64,000 nucleotides of DNA. Origin: Bigelowiella natans CCMP2755 (Eukaryota; Protista; Cercozoa). Where the stretch lies: positions 108,281 to 172,280 of the forward strand of contig ADNK01000260.1 of the NCBI GenBank assembly GCA_000320545.1. The letters are read 5' to 3'. How positions within the stretch are numbered: the stretch's first letter is position 1; every line of letters starts with the position of its first letter. Both the position numbers and the translations under genes were made by a program. The notes below the pieces were generated by a model. The model was given only the letters and a program-made list of their open reading frames with translations, was not told the DNA's origin and did not search any database. Positions 14,479 to 25,782 of the stretch are shown piece by piece.

Positions 14479-15256
14479 TCAACCACGCTAGCACGTCTAG
14501 ACGCACTAGCGCAGTGGACATTGTTGGACACGAGTCACAGTGACGTGACAACTCAACAATTGCCATGACTTGTGCCTCTCAGCTCTCTAGCTCTGGCTGT
14601 GTGCATGTGGAGATGTCTTGATGCATGTGTTGCAAGTTCTGCTAATTCTGTCCAGCGTCTTCGTGATTGTGACATCTTGGGTCTCCATGATTGCTGAAGC
14701 GCTTCCCGTGCTTTCCTCTCAACACCACTGTCTAGCTGTGCCCAGCTAGCCAGCGAGGGCCAGCGAGGGCACACATCTCCAGCAGGGCTTTTTCAGTCCG
14801 ATCCTTCACACTTGTGAGCTCTGTCTGTTCAGAGCTCCTGCGCAGATGCAATTGCGCAGGTGCCACTGACATCACGCACAAGCTCGCCAGCTAGCACAAG
14901 CAGCTAGCTCGCTGCCAGCTTCCTAGACATGCTAGCATGGCTAGATGGTTTGCTGTGTGCCGGCCCGACTGCTGCATGGTGAAAACATTCTTCTGCTAGT
15001 CTTTTCAACGCCATCTGTGGATCTGTGGCACTGTGACGTTCGGACATGAACACAAGGCAGGCGCACCTGATGTGCGGCATGTGGCCAGTTGTGATCCACC
15101 CACTCCAGACATTGACTCCAGAGAGTCACTTGTGTTCAAAGATCACAGCCATTGTGACCTGTGAACAGCGCTTTGCCTTCCATTTTCTCTTGCTTGTTCA
15201 ACCAAAAAAGTGTGAATGTCAGCATTGAAGGAAATGCGTCATCACAAAAGGCTGGA
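14479..15256. other. TpA-depleted, CTAG-retaining non-coding tract
   Basis: Manual count: 12 TA inside CTAG and 1 TA outside (CTAA at about 14642) in about 780 bp. Rich in TG/CA. Confidence 0.85.
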
Positions 15257-15899
15257 TATTGCAGGAAAATCCAATGTGAACGTGAATCACTTAAGGGCAT
15301 ACTAGCATACGTGATAGGGTTTCAAAAGTAACGAACATCACCCAATCAGCAAAGTAACTATCATTCCAATTTTCAGTGGGTAAATCGATGATTTTTTTCA
15401 AAATAAATTTATGAATGCATGTATTTCCTCCTTTTTGTCTCCTAGTCAACGATGACGACCGTTTTGGCAAAAATTTATCGTTGATGATTATGGAGAGAAA
15501 AAAAATATTAAATCTGAGAAATGAATCAAAGTTCGTCGCTATTTACGTTCGTAAATTGGAAAAATTAGCCATTGCTTTGCAAGAAAGGATTCTATTTACA
15601 CAAATATTTTGATGTTACTGACAAAATTTTAGATCAGTAAATTTCGAGTATGCGGCGCGGCAAATGGAAGAGAGAGAGAGTCATAAGTGAGTGAAAGAGA
15701 TAAGATCTACCAATGATATACCGGAAAATATTATTTTTTGAAATTACGAAGGAGAATTACCTCAAAAATTGCTATTTTGTAAGAATATGTATCTGAAAAA
15801 GGATGTGGAGAAGAGAACATAAAAGAGATGTCGAGAAACCTGCCTCCAGATAACTTTCAACCGTTGGGAAAAATACTTTATCTGTAATACAGGCTATTA

Positions 15900-18127
15900 A
15901 CATTTAATAGAAAACACATTGCCAAATTAGGCAGAAATTGAAGATGTTACAGTAATTAAAATTCTGTGCTTGATCTGAAAAAAATCTGGATCCAACACGG
16001 AGCAAACCGAAGCTTGTCCACCTTCCTAAAGCTTCAAGCTGCCCACATTCTTAGTTGTGAGGAAACTGGCATTATAGGAGGAACCTTGCCACCCGTAGCA
16101 TTTAAAATTTTCAAGTAACTTTCGGGAGAGGTTAAATTTGGAGAGCTGCCGCAACTTGAAGATATTTGAGGGAATTCTTCTGTCTTCGGGAAAATAACAA
16201 GACCACACATTGCCTTTTGGTAGTTTTCGCTGTAATTATTAAACAACACGTGTACTAAGTACATCTATGATCTTTGTGAAGAAGCATCTTGTTTAAATGA
16301 TTAAATCGACTGTAACTACTGTAACAAGCCAAAAGCTTGAGACGGCTGAGAAAACTGATAAGTCGGCCCTCCCTTTGGCGATCTCAAAGATGGGACTCGG
16401 TGACAACTTAATTGATGATGAGGGAAGGGAGTTGCTACCACTGCCAAGTAGCCAAAAATCAGATTCAAACTCTTTCTTCCGTGGTCCTGGGTTTAACAAA
16501 ATTGCACCTCCGATTAGCATCGTCGAAGAAGACGATTCGATTGTTAAAGATGAACTTGATATTCTCGACGTTGAACTCCGAAGAATCCTGGAGCATAGAG
16601 CACTCCTTCAAGAACAGCAAAGGCGATTGCGTAATGAGATTCACAAGGCAACGGACAAAATCAATGCTCTAAATGAAAGGAAGAGTACTTTATATGCAAA
16701 ATTGGATGGCTTGGCCGAGCAAAAGAGTTCAAAACTTCCTAACGGAAAAATTGAGAGTTACAAACAGGTTGGCTGCTCTTTATTAGCTATGATTCTATCT
16801 TTCTTATTTCTGTCTTATATCAGACGAGAGAAGAAGGAAAGCTTGGGCATCAGTCAGAAGAGCTGCGTAGGTAGTCAGTGTTCAGTAAGCGTTCCAGATA
16901 TATCCTGAGTGACGGCTGTAACAGATCTCGGGCTTCTTCTCACGAGTTAGACATCCGACAACAATATAAAGTTGGATCTTTTGGAAGTGATATTTTGCCT
17001 ACCGGATTCGCCTCAAATAGCCCAAGAAACATACGTGAATTGATGAAAGTAAAGTGTGACACATGATGAATTATAGACGATAGTTCTCATTTCACAACCA
17101 TTAGGATTCTCCTGCGGCTTTTTTTGGGGAAGATATTCCATCTAAATGGGGAAATGCAAAAGATCCACTTGGATACTCAAACTCATGGGGAGGACTGGAT
17201 ACTATGGGGGAGTTGGTTAGTTTTATGCTCAATAAAGGGTACTCGTGGGTGACACGTAAGTGTGATTCTTAGGCGAACTTTCGTGGCACCAAAACTAAAC
17301 CGAATAATCCTATGGTGGGTCTACATTACCTTTGAAAACATTGCCATCGGTATTATTGAACCAGATATGTTTGTTCACATTAGATGCGGAGGGCCGCTTC
17401 TGCTCCCACAGATTTTTCAGAGCTAAGGATTCAAACCGGGAGCAGTAAATCACGCACAGAATTAGGGATAATATCATTTAAAGATACCAATGATTATGGA
17501 TACATATTGACAATCAAGGATCTGGATGGCCCATGGGTAACTAATCTAAATATAATGAACATTACTCCATTCTCGAACACGTTGACATTCTCAGGTCGGC
17601 TATTACAGCTGGAAGAGTCTGGAAGACCCCAGTGTGTCGTTGAGGCACGGAGATATTGTCTCATTCGTTCGCGTACCGAACCCCAGGCAATCTCCTCCAC
17701 CTTTCATTGCAACGCAAGTACGTCTCCACAAAGGTAATAAAATTTTGTGCTGGATTAGTTGGATGGTTAATATGTGAAAATAATATAAGGCGGAAACGCG
17801 TACGGAATGATACCTCCGCAAGTCCTCAGATTGCAAGAATTGATAAAGGAAGGAGTACCAGGAAAGCAACTTGTTTTCCGGTTTCGAAGAGAGGCTAAGA
17901 GAGAACAAGGCATATTGTCATTTAAAGGGGCTATAAAAGATAAGGGTTACATATATGTCGCGGATCGAGAAGATGCACGGATTGGATTTCGGGCGCACAA
18001 GAGTCTCCTACACCCGCAGGTTGAAGTGAAAAATGGAGATCTAGTCTCGTTTATCAGACAGAAATCACCAAGAGGTTACCCACCTTTTATCGCCGTTGGT
18101 GTTCGCCCCACAGATGGTAAGATATAA
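15900..18127 (+). CDS. Multi-exon protein of unknown function with coiled coil and C-terminal cold-shock/OB-fold-like segments
   Basis: The 16297-16908 ORF has a coiled coil (LDILDVELRRILEHRALLQEQQRRLRNE). GIISFKDTNDYGYI and GILSFKGAIKDKGYIYV...VKNGDLVSF...AVGVRP resemble CSD strands. Short introns. The 5' end is uncertain. Confidence 0.55.
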
Positions 18128-20423
18128 ACCTTAACAACCTTCTAAAGTTTCTCACATAGTCTAAAACAGCATTATGAGATATTGTGTATTTGCAGAGAAC
18201 GAAGTAAAAAATCTTCCGGCGGATATTAGTTTAGTTAGAAATTATGTTCTCAACAAGCGGTTAATCATGGACTGAAAAGAGAGAATTATTTCATATAAGA
18301 TTTTGCGCAAAATTATACTCGTCGTAAGGCACCACATAGGAGCTCAACAGCACTAAAATCGCAGAACTCTTTCTCCAAAGGTGTTCTTGCACACATATAA
18401 AAACTAAGGCAATATTCAGGGATACACATATGCACACACGCGTGCGCATGTTTATATATACTATTACACTAAAGGAGAATGATGTTGGGGAGTTCAGTCA
18501 CTTAAGTTTAGAGATACCATTCAATTTTAATTTGGTCATCGAAGTCTTAGCAAACCATCACAGTGTTAGTCGTGCCACGGTCAGCTTAAAAATCGAAGGA
18601 ACCCCAAGCGTATATCATTGCACATATTATATATGATGTCGACGATCAATCGTAAGAGATTGCGGGGGGGCGGTGTTAACAGGGATAACAGTAACATATG
18701 TAAGTTTAATCTGCCAGTAGTTTACCCATTTACTTTTAGTTTGATCCTAGGAATATTATATAAACCATCAAAATATCAATATTTGTTCCGAATAATACTA
18801 TTAACTTTTTAGCAGTCATAAGTTTTTAAGTTTTTGTCATAACTTTTCGGCCAAATGTAGAGTACCGTGAAGTTTCGACTCGCGCTGAAAATACAATAGC
18901 CATAAAATATTACCTCCGATGATACATACTGCACGAAGAGATCGTGTCATACTTCAGTTAGATATCGAATAGCTACCTCTACAAACCAGGCAATTAAAAT
19001 TGTACATACTGCGTACAGGGGATTTGTTTTTTCATTTTTTGTGATGCATTTAATAACATCACTTCGTTTATTAAGGATGAAGTGTCAAGTCTTCGTCACT
19101 CACTAATGATTTCTAATGTATGCCACCAAGTGGCATTTTAAGCATAGCACCATGTGTCTTTTTTCGAAGTGAACCTTTTGATTAATCTAGAAACAGTTAC
19201 ACGTTAATGTTAAAAATTTAATTTCATCATTTAAAAATAAGGATGTTGGGATGTTCAGAGGTGAATGTTCAAACTTGCGCTTAAAATGAGCATGTAGATG
19301 TTAGCATGCATGATAATTTATGGCGCCTGTAGCTATTGTGTGTGTGGTTGCTGATAATGGCAAAACTTGTTTGATGATAGCTAGATAGCTTGAAAAACCA
19401 AGAACAACTTACAGATTTCGCCGCGCTTGTCTGCACATGCTGCCGCTAGCTCAAATCACCTGAAGATCGAATTTTGCTTGCTCAATTTCCATGGTGGTAT
19501 CGTATGCGATCATGCATGCAATTGTTGAAGCTCGATCTGGCCTTACAATATGCATGACGAAGGCTTTGCCATACACGCACGCGCTCCGCCGCGGCTGCTC
19601 CGTTTTGCTGCTGCATGCTCATTGCAGCGCAAAATTGCTAGGCGCACCAGAGCAGCGCGCGCTAGTCGAATCTAGCTAGTAATCAGCCATGCAGAAACAA
19701 ATGCGCAAGCGTGATAATACATCATAGCAAGCTACGATGTAGTCACAGTGTGACACACGCAGAGCTAGCTATAGGCGCTAGCAGAGCGACTCATGTTTGA
19801 CCTGCTAGCCTGCCTGCGCGCTGTCTCACGCGAAGCAGCCTTCATGCAATAACATGTGATAGGCTCCAAGCGCATGCATAATGAGGTTCTAATAAGCTGT
19901 ACATGCCAAGAGCGTAGCTAGACGAGCTGCTGCAATGGAATTTGTTAAGGGATAGCCAAATTTGCTGCGCCCTGCAGACTATGCGTACTGGCGAGCTGCG
20001 ATGGGGCTGCTGTGACTAGCTACTAGCTCTAGAGCTTGATGGTAGCATGACTAGCATTTGCTTGGCTGTGGCACACATGTCACACATCTAGCTAGACGTA
20101 GAGCTATGCAGTGAGATATGCGCAAGTGATCATCATGGCGCTATGTGATAGACAACACTTTTGGATAGTGCCATCGATCATCCCAGCGGAATACGAGTCA
20201 ATGCACATTTAAAAATAAAATAAATGTAAATAAATAGATGCAATTCGCAGCACGCTTAGGATACATACGCCTTATATCCATGCTGCATGCCCTCGAGCTT
20301 AGGCAGATAGAAACAAGCTTATGCTAGTTCAACCATTCTTTCAACATGCGCTGCGTTACACAGGCGATACAATCTCTGGGTGAGATACAATTTCTAAGCT
20401 AAACGTTAAAATTCTTCGTGAAT

Positions 20424-20997
20424 TTATGAGAGACCCATTCCAGAATCTTCATCGTCGTTGTCGGAGATTCCCTTGACTGATGTTGCATAAACACCCCAAA
20501 CTGTAGTGAAAACCCCAGCAAGGATGAAGAAAAGACGGGAGTCATTGAGTCCGAGAGGAATTCCAGCACCATCTCCGTTCAAACGAGAATCGACGAGAGC
20601 CTCTGCAGGGAGCTGGTGTAGAGCACCTACGGCAGCAAGTCCAGCAGCACCCATTGTCTTCTGGAAGTTCTGCATGTTCTGTTTCATGGAAGGCTTCTGT
20701 GCAAATGTCGCCATGCGTCCTGCTCGAACTGTGTAAATTACACAAGTTTTAAGTAAGAAAATTGAAGAAACCCACTTCACACAAAATATCATCGCAATTA
20801 TTATTCCTACAGTGTTCTGCAAAAACCCTTCAGTAAACCCCCCCTCCTAGGATCTTACCAGAGCTGACAGGAGAAACTCGGCTCCTGATCGCTGTAGCTC
20901 CAAGGTTCGATGAGGAAAGTGCAGAGGAGCACAGTGCGATAACTAGAAGTGCATTGAGAGCTACGGAGGCAATAAGCAGGGTTTGGTGGCGAACCAT
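20424..20997 (-). CDS. psbW: Photosystem II PsbW precursor with tripartite leader; exons 20997-20859 and 20728-20424
   Basis: Mature part LVDSRLNGDGAGIPLGLNDSRLFFILAGVFTTVWGVY...DDEDSGMGLS follows an AEA thylakoid cleavage site. Exon 1 is MVRHQTLLIASVALNALLVIALCSS (signal peptide). The GT-AG intron 20858-20729 joins in frame. Confidence 0.93.
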
Positions 20998-21673
20998 TTT
21001 ATGCCAGCTTGGAGAGGGGATACGAAGATGGGATGTGTTGGATGTACTATTTTAAGTGCGAAAGATGTAAAAACAAGAACTCGTTCACATTCAGACTCAA
21101 TTCCAACATCACTTAAAACTCAAAGATGCTTAATATACCATAATATATGCATACATTCTTGTCGTTTTATGAAAAAGACATTATATTTGTGAAAAATATC
21201 GCTTGAAGAGTATATTCCAAATGCTCCTCACATAGCTTGGATTGCTTTCGCTTTTATGTGGTAGAATCTATAATAAAGCTTGACGCATTGTGAATTACTG
21301 TTACGTTTTCCTTAAAGATTAGTTTGACTAGGTCCACAAAAGTGTGTAGTAAAGCGGCAAAGTGAAGAGGATTAACGGACCCCGAGAAAGATTTGTACGG
21401 CCTTTCCGTCAGAAAACCCCAAATTTTAATTAAGAACCAGAGAAACTCCATCCATTTCATTACAGATGCGAAGACCGTAGCCAAAAGAGCAATGCAAGAA
21501 AGAGTATAATAAGTACCGGTTATTCCCGATGTTGATTCTAAAATACCGTCAATACCGGTGATTAATTTTGAGTTGTGCATCAGCGGTTGTAAGGAGTTTC
21601 GGATGATGGAGGAAGCGGAGGAGAAGATCCTTCAGGAGCACCACCGATACGAGTAGGAGGAATAGGGTACAAG

Positions 21674-22468
21674 ATGCCGGTCCAGAATGACCCTTCTCAA
21701 TACTGGAAAGGACATCCTACAAGTACGGATTCATAGCCAACCTTGTAAAATATTTTTATAACCAACAAATTCCAGGTTCTGTTCGCAGAAGCATGTACAC
21801 AGTAACTCTGCTGACGCTGTGTGGTCTATTGGTCCTCTTCATCACGAGGAATGGAATTGGCGAGATTCAGGATGTTTCTAAGCATCACTATGAGAGAGAC
21901 AGCAGTTTTGATGGCAGCGATGTCCTTGGTAGTTTTCTAATTGGATACTGCTATTCCTCCTTGATGATCGATCGATCAATCACCTGTTCTATCATAACCT
22001 ACCTAGAAATGATGACATCGCCTCCAGAATTCAACGAATCATCTACGGTGAATGATGGTGGGTAGGCCAATTTTCACTCGAACGTGTACCAAAACACCTC
22101 AAGCTGTCGTATGACTTGGAAAAACAAACTTATCATAAATTAGCGACCCCGGCTCCAAAGAAATGTGAATGGGAAGGTGATCCAGGCAAAGAGGATGAGC
22201 TCTATCCTGGATTTTGTGAATTACTTCAATCGCAAACGGTGGAATAACAGCTATGTCTATCATTCTCGTTACCACTGTCTTCCTTTGGTTTGGCCAGGAG
22301 TTCAACGATTCGAAAGCTTGTAAGTTGGCTTGCTGTGAGGCTGAGGTTTTGTTCCTATTCCTATTATCTTTTGTATCAAAAATGCATTATGATTGTTACA
22401 AAATTATTGATGCTGCTTACTATTATTTATCGAAAAATATTGATATTGTCGTCATAAGTAGTAGTAGC

Positions 22469-22501
<33 letters not shown>

Positions 22502-23372
22502 CAAGTCTCTCGTTATAGCGTTATAGTAGTTGAATGCTACTCGTCTTTTACAGGAATGTAATGGCTGGCAATATCGAGGAGACACTGGATGTAGATTTTC
22601 AACAAGAAAACACCATGGATGGTGTGAGCCGACAGCACCTGTAAAACTTAAAGTGTCGAATCGTTTAATATCGATGATAAGTATGACCTTCTTGTTTTCT
22701 AGTCGCCATGGAATGGACGGCGTGTCAAAGAACGAAAGTCCACCAACGAATGCATCTGGGAAGAGAAAGTATCATCTGTCTAAAATTATGTTATGCCTTT
22801 TTGCTACCACCACCACAACCACCACCACGCATTTGCAGAAACGCATCCTCCTCCCCGTCCTCCCTTCCAACTACTACTAATATATAAGGAGCAAAGGTCT
22901 CAATGTAAGGGCCTGGGACCGAGAAGGCCACGTAGCGGACCATACTATACAACCAAAGAAGAATGCGCGGTGAATATTGCTGAATAAAGTACATTTTTCC
23001 TCATTAACTATTGACGTTCCGAAATTATTAGGATGCTTGTTGCAAGAACAGTGGATGCGTTTTGTGGCAATTTCGGAAAGACAAGGTGCTCCATCGTCCA
23101 ATTTGGGAAAATGTGTTATTTGATTTTCCTCTTCTATCTGACAGGGATGTTTCTGGGGAAAGGCAAATTATTGTGATACTGATAGTGGGCCATATGCATG
23201 GGAACCTTTTAAAGGCGGTAAAAAAAAAATTAAAAAATAGTAATTATTCATCATCATCATCTGAAAAGCGAAAAAGAAAATGCATTTGGACATTTCTTAT
23301 TTCGTACATACAGGTTTAAGTTCAAACCTGCGATCGAACCATTGCAATCATTGTGCACATGCATTATATTGA
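21674..23372 (+). CDS. Cysteine-rich, N-terminally anchored protein with two PAN/apple-like repeats (multi-exon)
   Basis: TM segment VTLLTLCGLLVLFIT. Spliced repeats CKLACCEAE|ECNGWQYRGDTGC and EECA|DACCKNSGCVLWQFRKDK|GCFWG. Confidence 0.65.
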
Positions 23373-23668
23373 CATGATCTGCATGGCGGCCGAGTTGAAT
23401 GCGATGTGATGTGCATGGATGGGGCTAGGGGGGCCAGACGAGTTATCGCAGCGTAGCACCAAACAGCGCTTTTCTCCAGCACTACGTACAGCATTTTCCG
23501 TCTTCGAGCGTCCAGTGTGAACTATTCACACTTGGTGCTGTTGTTGCATGTAGGCTGGTAGAGTCGCAAGCTAGCAAGCTTCTAGCAGATCTGTTTTTGC
23601 CAAAGAAGTTCCACATAATGCATGCGAATGGCCATCTGCTAGATTAGGCCACATCTTGGCATCTTAGC

Positions 23669-24026
23669 TTTTAGCGGACTAGCGGTAGCTGTTTGGCTTT
23701 TGTGCGCGGGACTGTGCTGTTGATGTTGGAAAGTCAACACGCGGTCTCGTGTGCTTTTGGATTCTGATGATGACTTGTGACTTGCGCTGCACGCATGTGC
23801 GCATTGGGTTCCGGCGCATTCGCGAAGATTCTCGAATCTTCCAGAATTCTCTCGAATTCTCTCGAGTGTTTCTGGAAGGTTCTCGAAGCTTCCGGAATGT
23901 TCTCGAAGATTCTGGAAGTTCTGAGAACTTCCATGCGCATGTGCGCAGCGCAGCGTGCAGCACGAGTGGACGTGCGCATGCTGCGACAGCTCCTTGATCG
24001 TGGGTGGCGCGGCCAGACCGCTGACA
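23669..24026 (-). repeat. 3' LTR (358 bp)
   Basis: Direct repeat of 30412-30769, preceded on the minus strand by the PPT-like CATGGGGGCG. Confidence 0.95.
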
Positions 24027-24036
24027 CGCCCCCATG
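24027..24036 (-). promoter_or_regulatory. Polypurine tract
   Basis: Minus-strand CATGGGGGCG abuts the TG start of the 3' LTR. Confidence 0.7.
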
Positions 24037-25782
24037 GACGTGGTGACCACGATCAGAGTGCTGATGTGCACGTGCCATTTCTGCCATGGTGACAGAACTT
24101 TTGCACGGTGCTGCACATGGACGCCATTCCCAAAGGTTTCGGAGTCCGAATGGTTGGCAATGTTTTGCCGACCAAACATCGCACCACCAGACGCCCAAAA
24201 ACTCTGTGCAGAGGCACAAAATTCCCAGGCTTGCAACTGGGCAAGGTGCCATGGGCATGGTGCACTCCGAAATCGGCAGGAAAAATTCTTGCCTGACTGG
24301 GCAAGGTGCCACCATTTCGGTACGAACTGGGACTTGTCCAAAAAATTAATTTTTTTTGAACGACACCAGTGTGCTTCCAGAAAAAGAATTTTTCTGCGAC
24401 ACTGGTGCACTTCCAGAAAAAATTCTGGAATCCCCTGGGCACTTCCAGAAAGATTCCAGAAAAATTCCGGAATGCCCTACGTTCGTCACCTGCACCCACA
24501 TGCGGTGTTGACCAAGGCTCGGTAGGTAGGTAGACAGGTGGGTAGTGCAAGTAGTCCTTTCCTCCTTCTTCTTCTTCTTCTGTTTTTCGTCATCAGCAGT
24601 ACGAGCAGCACGACCCTTCTGGTTTGATCGTTGCTGTTTGATGCCATCTCTGTCACTTACACTGTCACTACTGCTGCTGCTGTTTGCGTTGTGATGGCTA
24701 CGGCGGTCTACTTTGAAGGGTTGTTTCTGATGCCCATGAAAGTTCCAGAAAGATTCCAGATTGTTGCTGCGTTTTTGTGAGACTAAGCTAATACTAGCTG
24801 TTTCGTTAGTGATATGACGAGGAAGGGGGGGTGGAGGAGCCCCCTCAAAGCTTTGTTGAGGGACCGCTGCTCTTGCCTGGTCCCGAACGTTCGACCCCAA
24901 GTATGCTTCGCCCTGTAGGCGCGATTTTGTCTCATAAGGTGCGGCCAATTTCGATCTATCGGTGTCCTTGCCATGATAACCTTTTGTGCCAGAACCCTCA
25001 TTGTGATAGATTCCCCTTCTGCCTGCTTCCATGAAGGGGGGAGCGAGGATTCTCTTACCGGAAAGCTATAACGACGGTTATTGAATTATTTATATAATAA
25101 TGAGTCATCACTGAGCACCATAAGGGGCGCTAACTTCCTCATAATGAATATTCACCGCTTCGACCGGCCTGGATCTGTGATAGCCATTTCTCTGCGTAAC
25201 TATTTGGTTGTCTTTGTGAATAGGCCCTCCTTGGTAGTCATGCTGTGGACGATCCGTTAACCCTGTATGGAGACTCAAGTTCACGTGCCTTAGAAATCGC
25301 TATATTACCCATGCTGCTTTGTTGCGGTCTCTGCATTTCTTTATTGTGGCCATTGTACATAGGAGCCACAGCAGATGCCTCGCCACTTCCAATATAATAC
25401 CGATAATTGTGTGGATCTCCAGGCGATCGTTTTTCCTTTTGTTAACTTCGTAGGTATCTTGTAGTATACAGCTTTTGCATGTTCTCTCCTTATATTTGAC
25501 TTCGTATTTGTTATACACTAGGTATCTCGTCTTCATTATTATATCCGCCCCCATGATTGTGCAGTGTCTGGAAGACACTGTGCAATCATATAGAAATCTA
25601 TAGCGTATTCTACATTCGCCCCCATGATAGCGAGAGTGTCTGGAAGACACTGTGCATATAGTCCATAGCAAGATACGCAAGGAAAGGTACACACATACAA
25701 AGATGTGTGCCATTAAAACCTTGCAGCCTATATGTTTATATGTTGTAGGTTTCTAAATGGACGTGGGGCTTTCATAGGGCGA

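Noticed and set aside
14100-15256. CpG-methylation decay as the cause of the TG/CA excess
   Set aside because: CpG remains common here; the missing dinucleotide is TpA.
23819-23930. Periodic repeat considered as a CRISPR-like or satellite array
   Set aside because: 10-bp period with no spacers, in eukaryotic context, and fully explained as HSE pentamers.
23679-24550. Many overlapping ORFs on both strands over the 3' LTR (and at 30422-30820)
   Set aside because: Artefact of TA absence, which removes TAA/TAG stops in all frames. The translations are His/Cys/Arg-rich with no domains.
25300-25713. 137-aa ORF after pol as an env-like gene
   Set aside because: Overlaps the PPT/hairpin duplication, has no recognisable motif, and is short.
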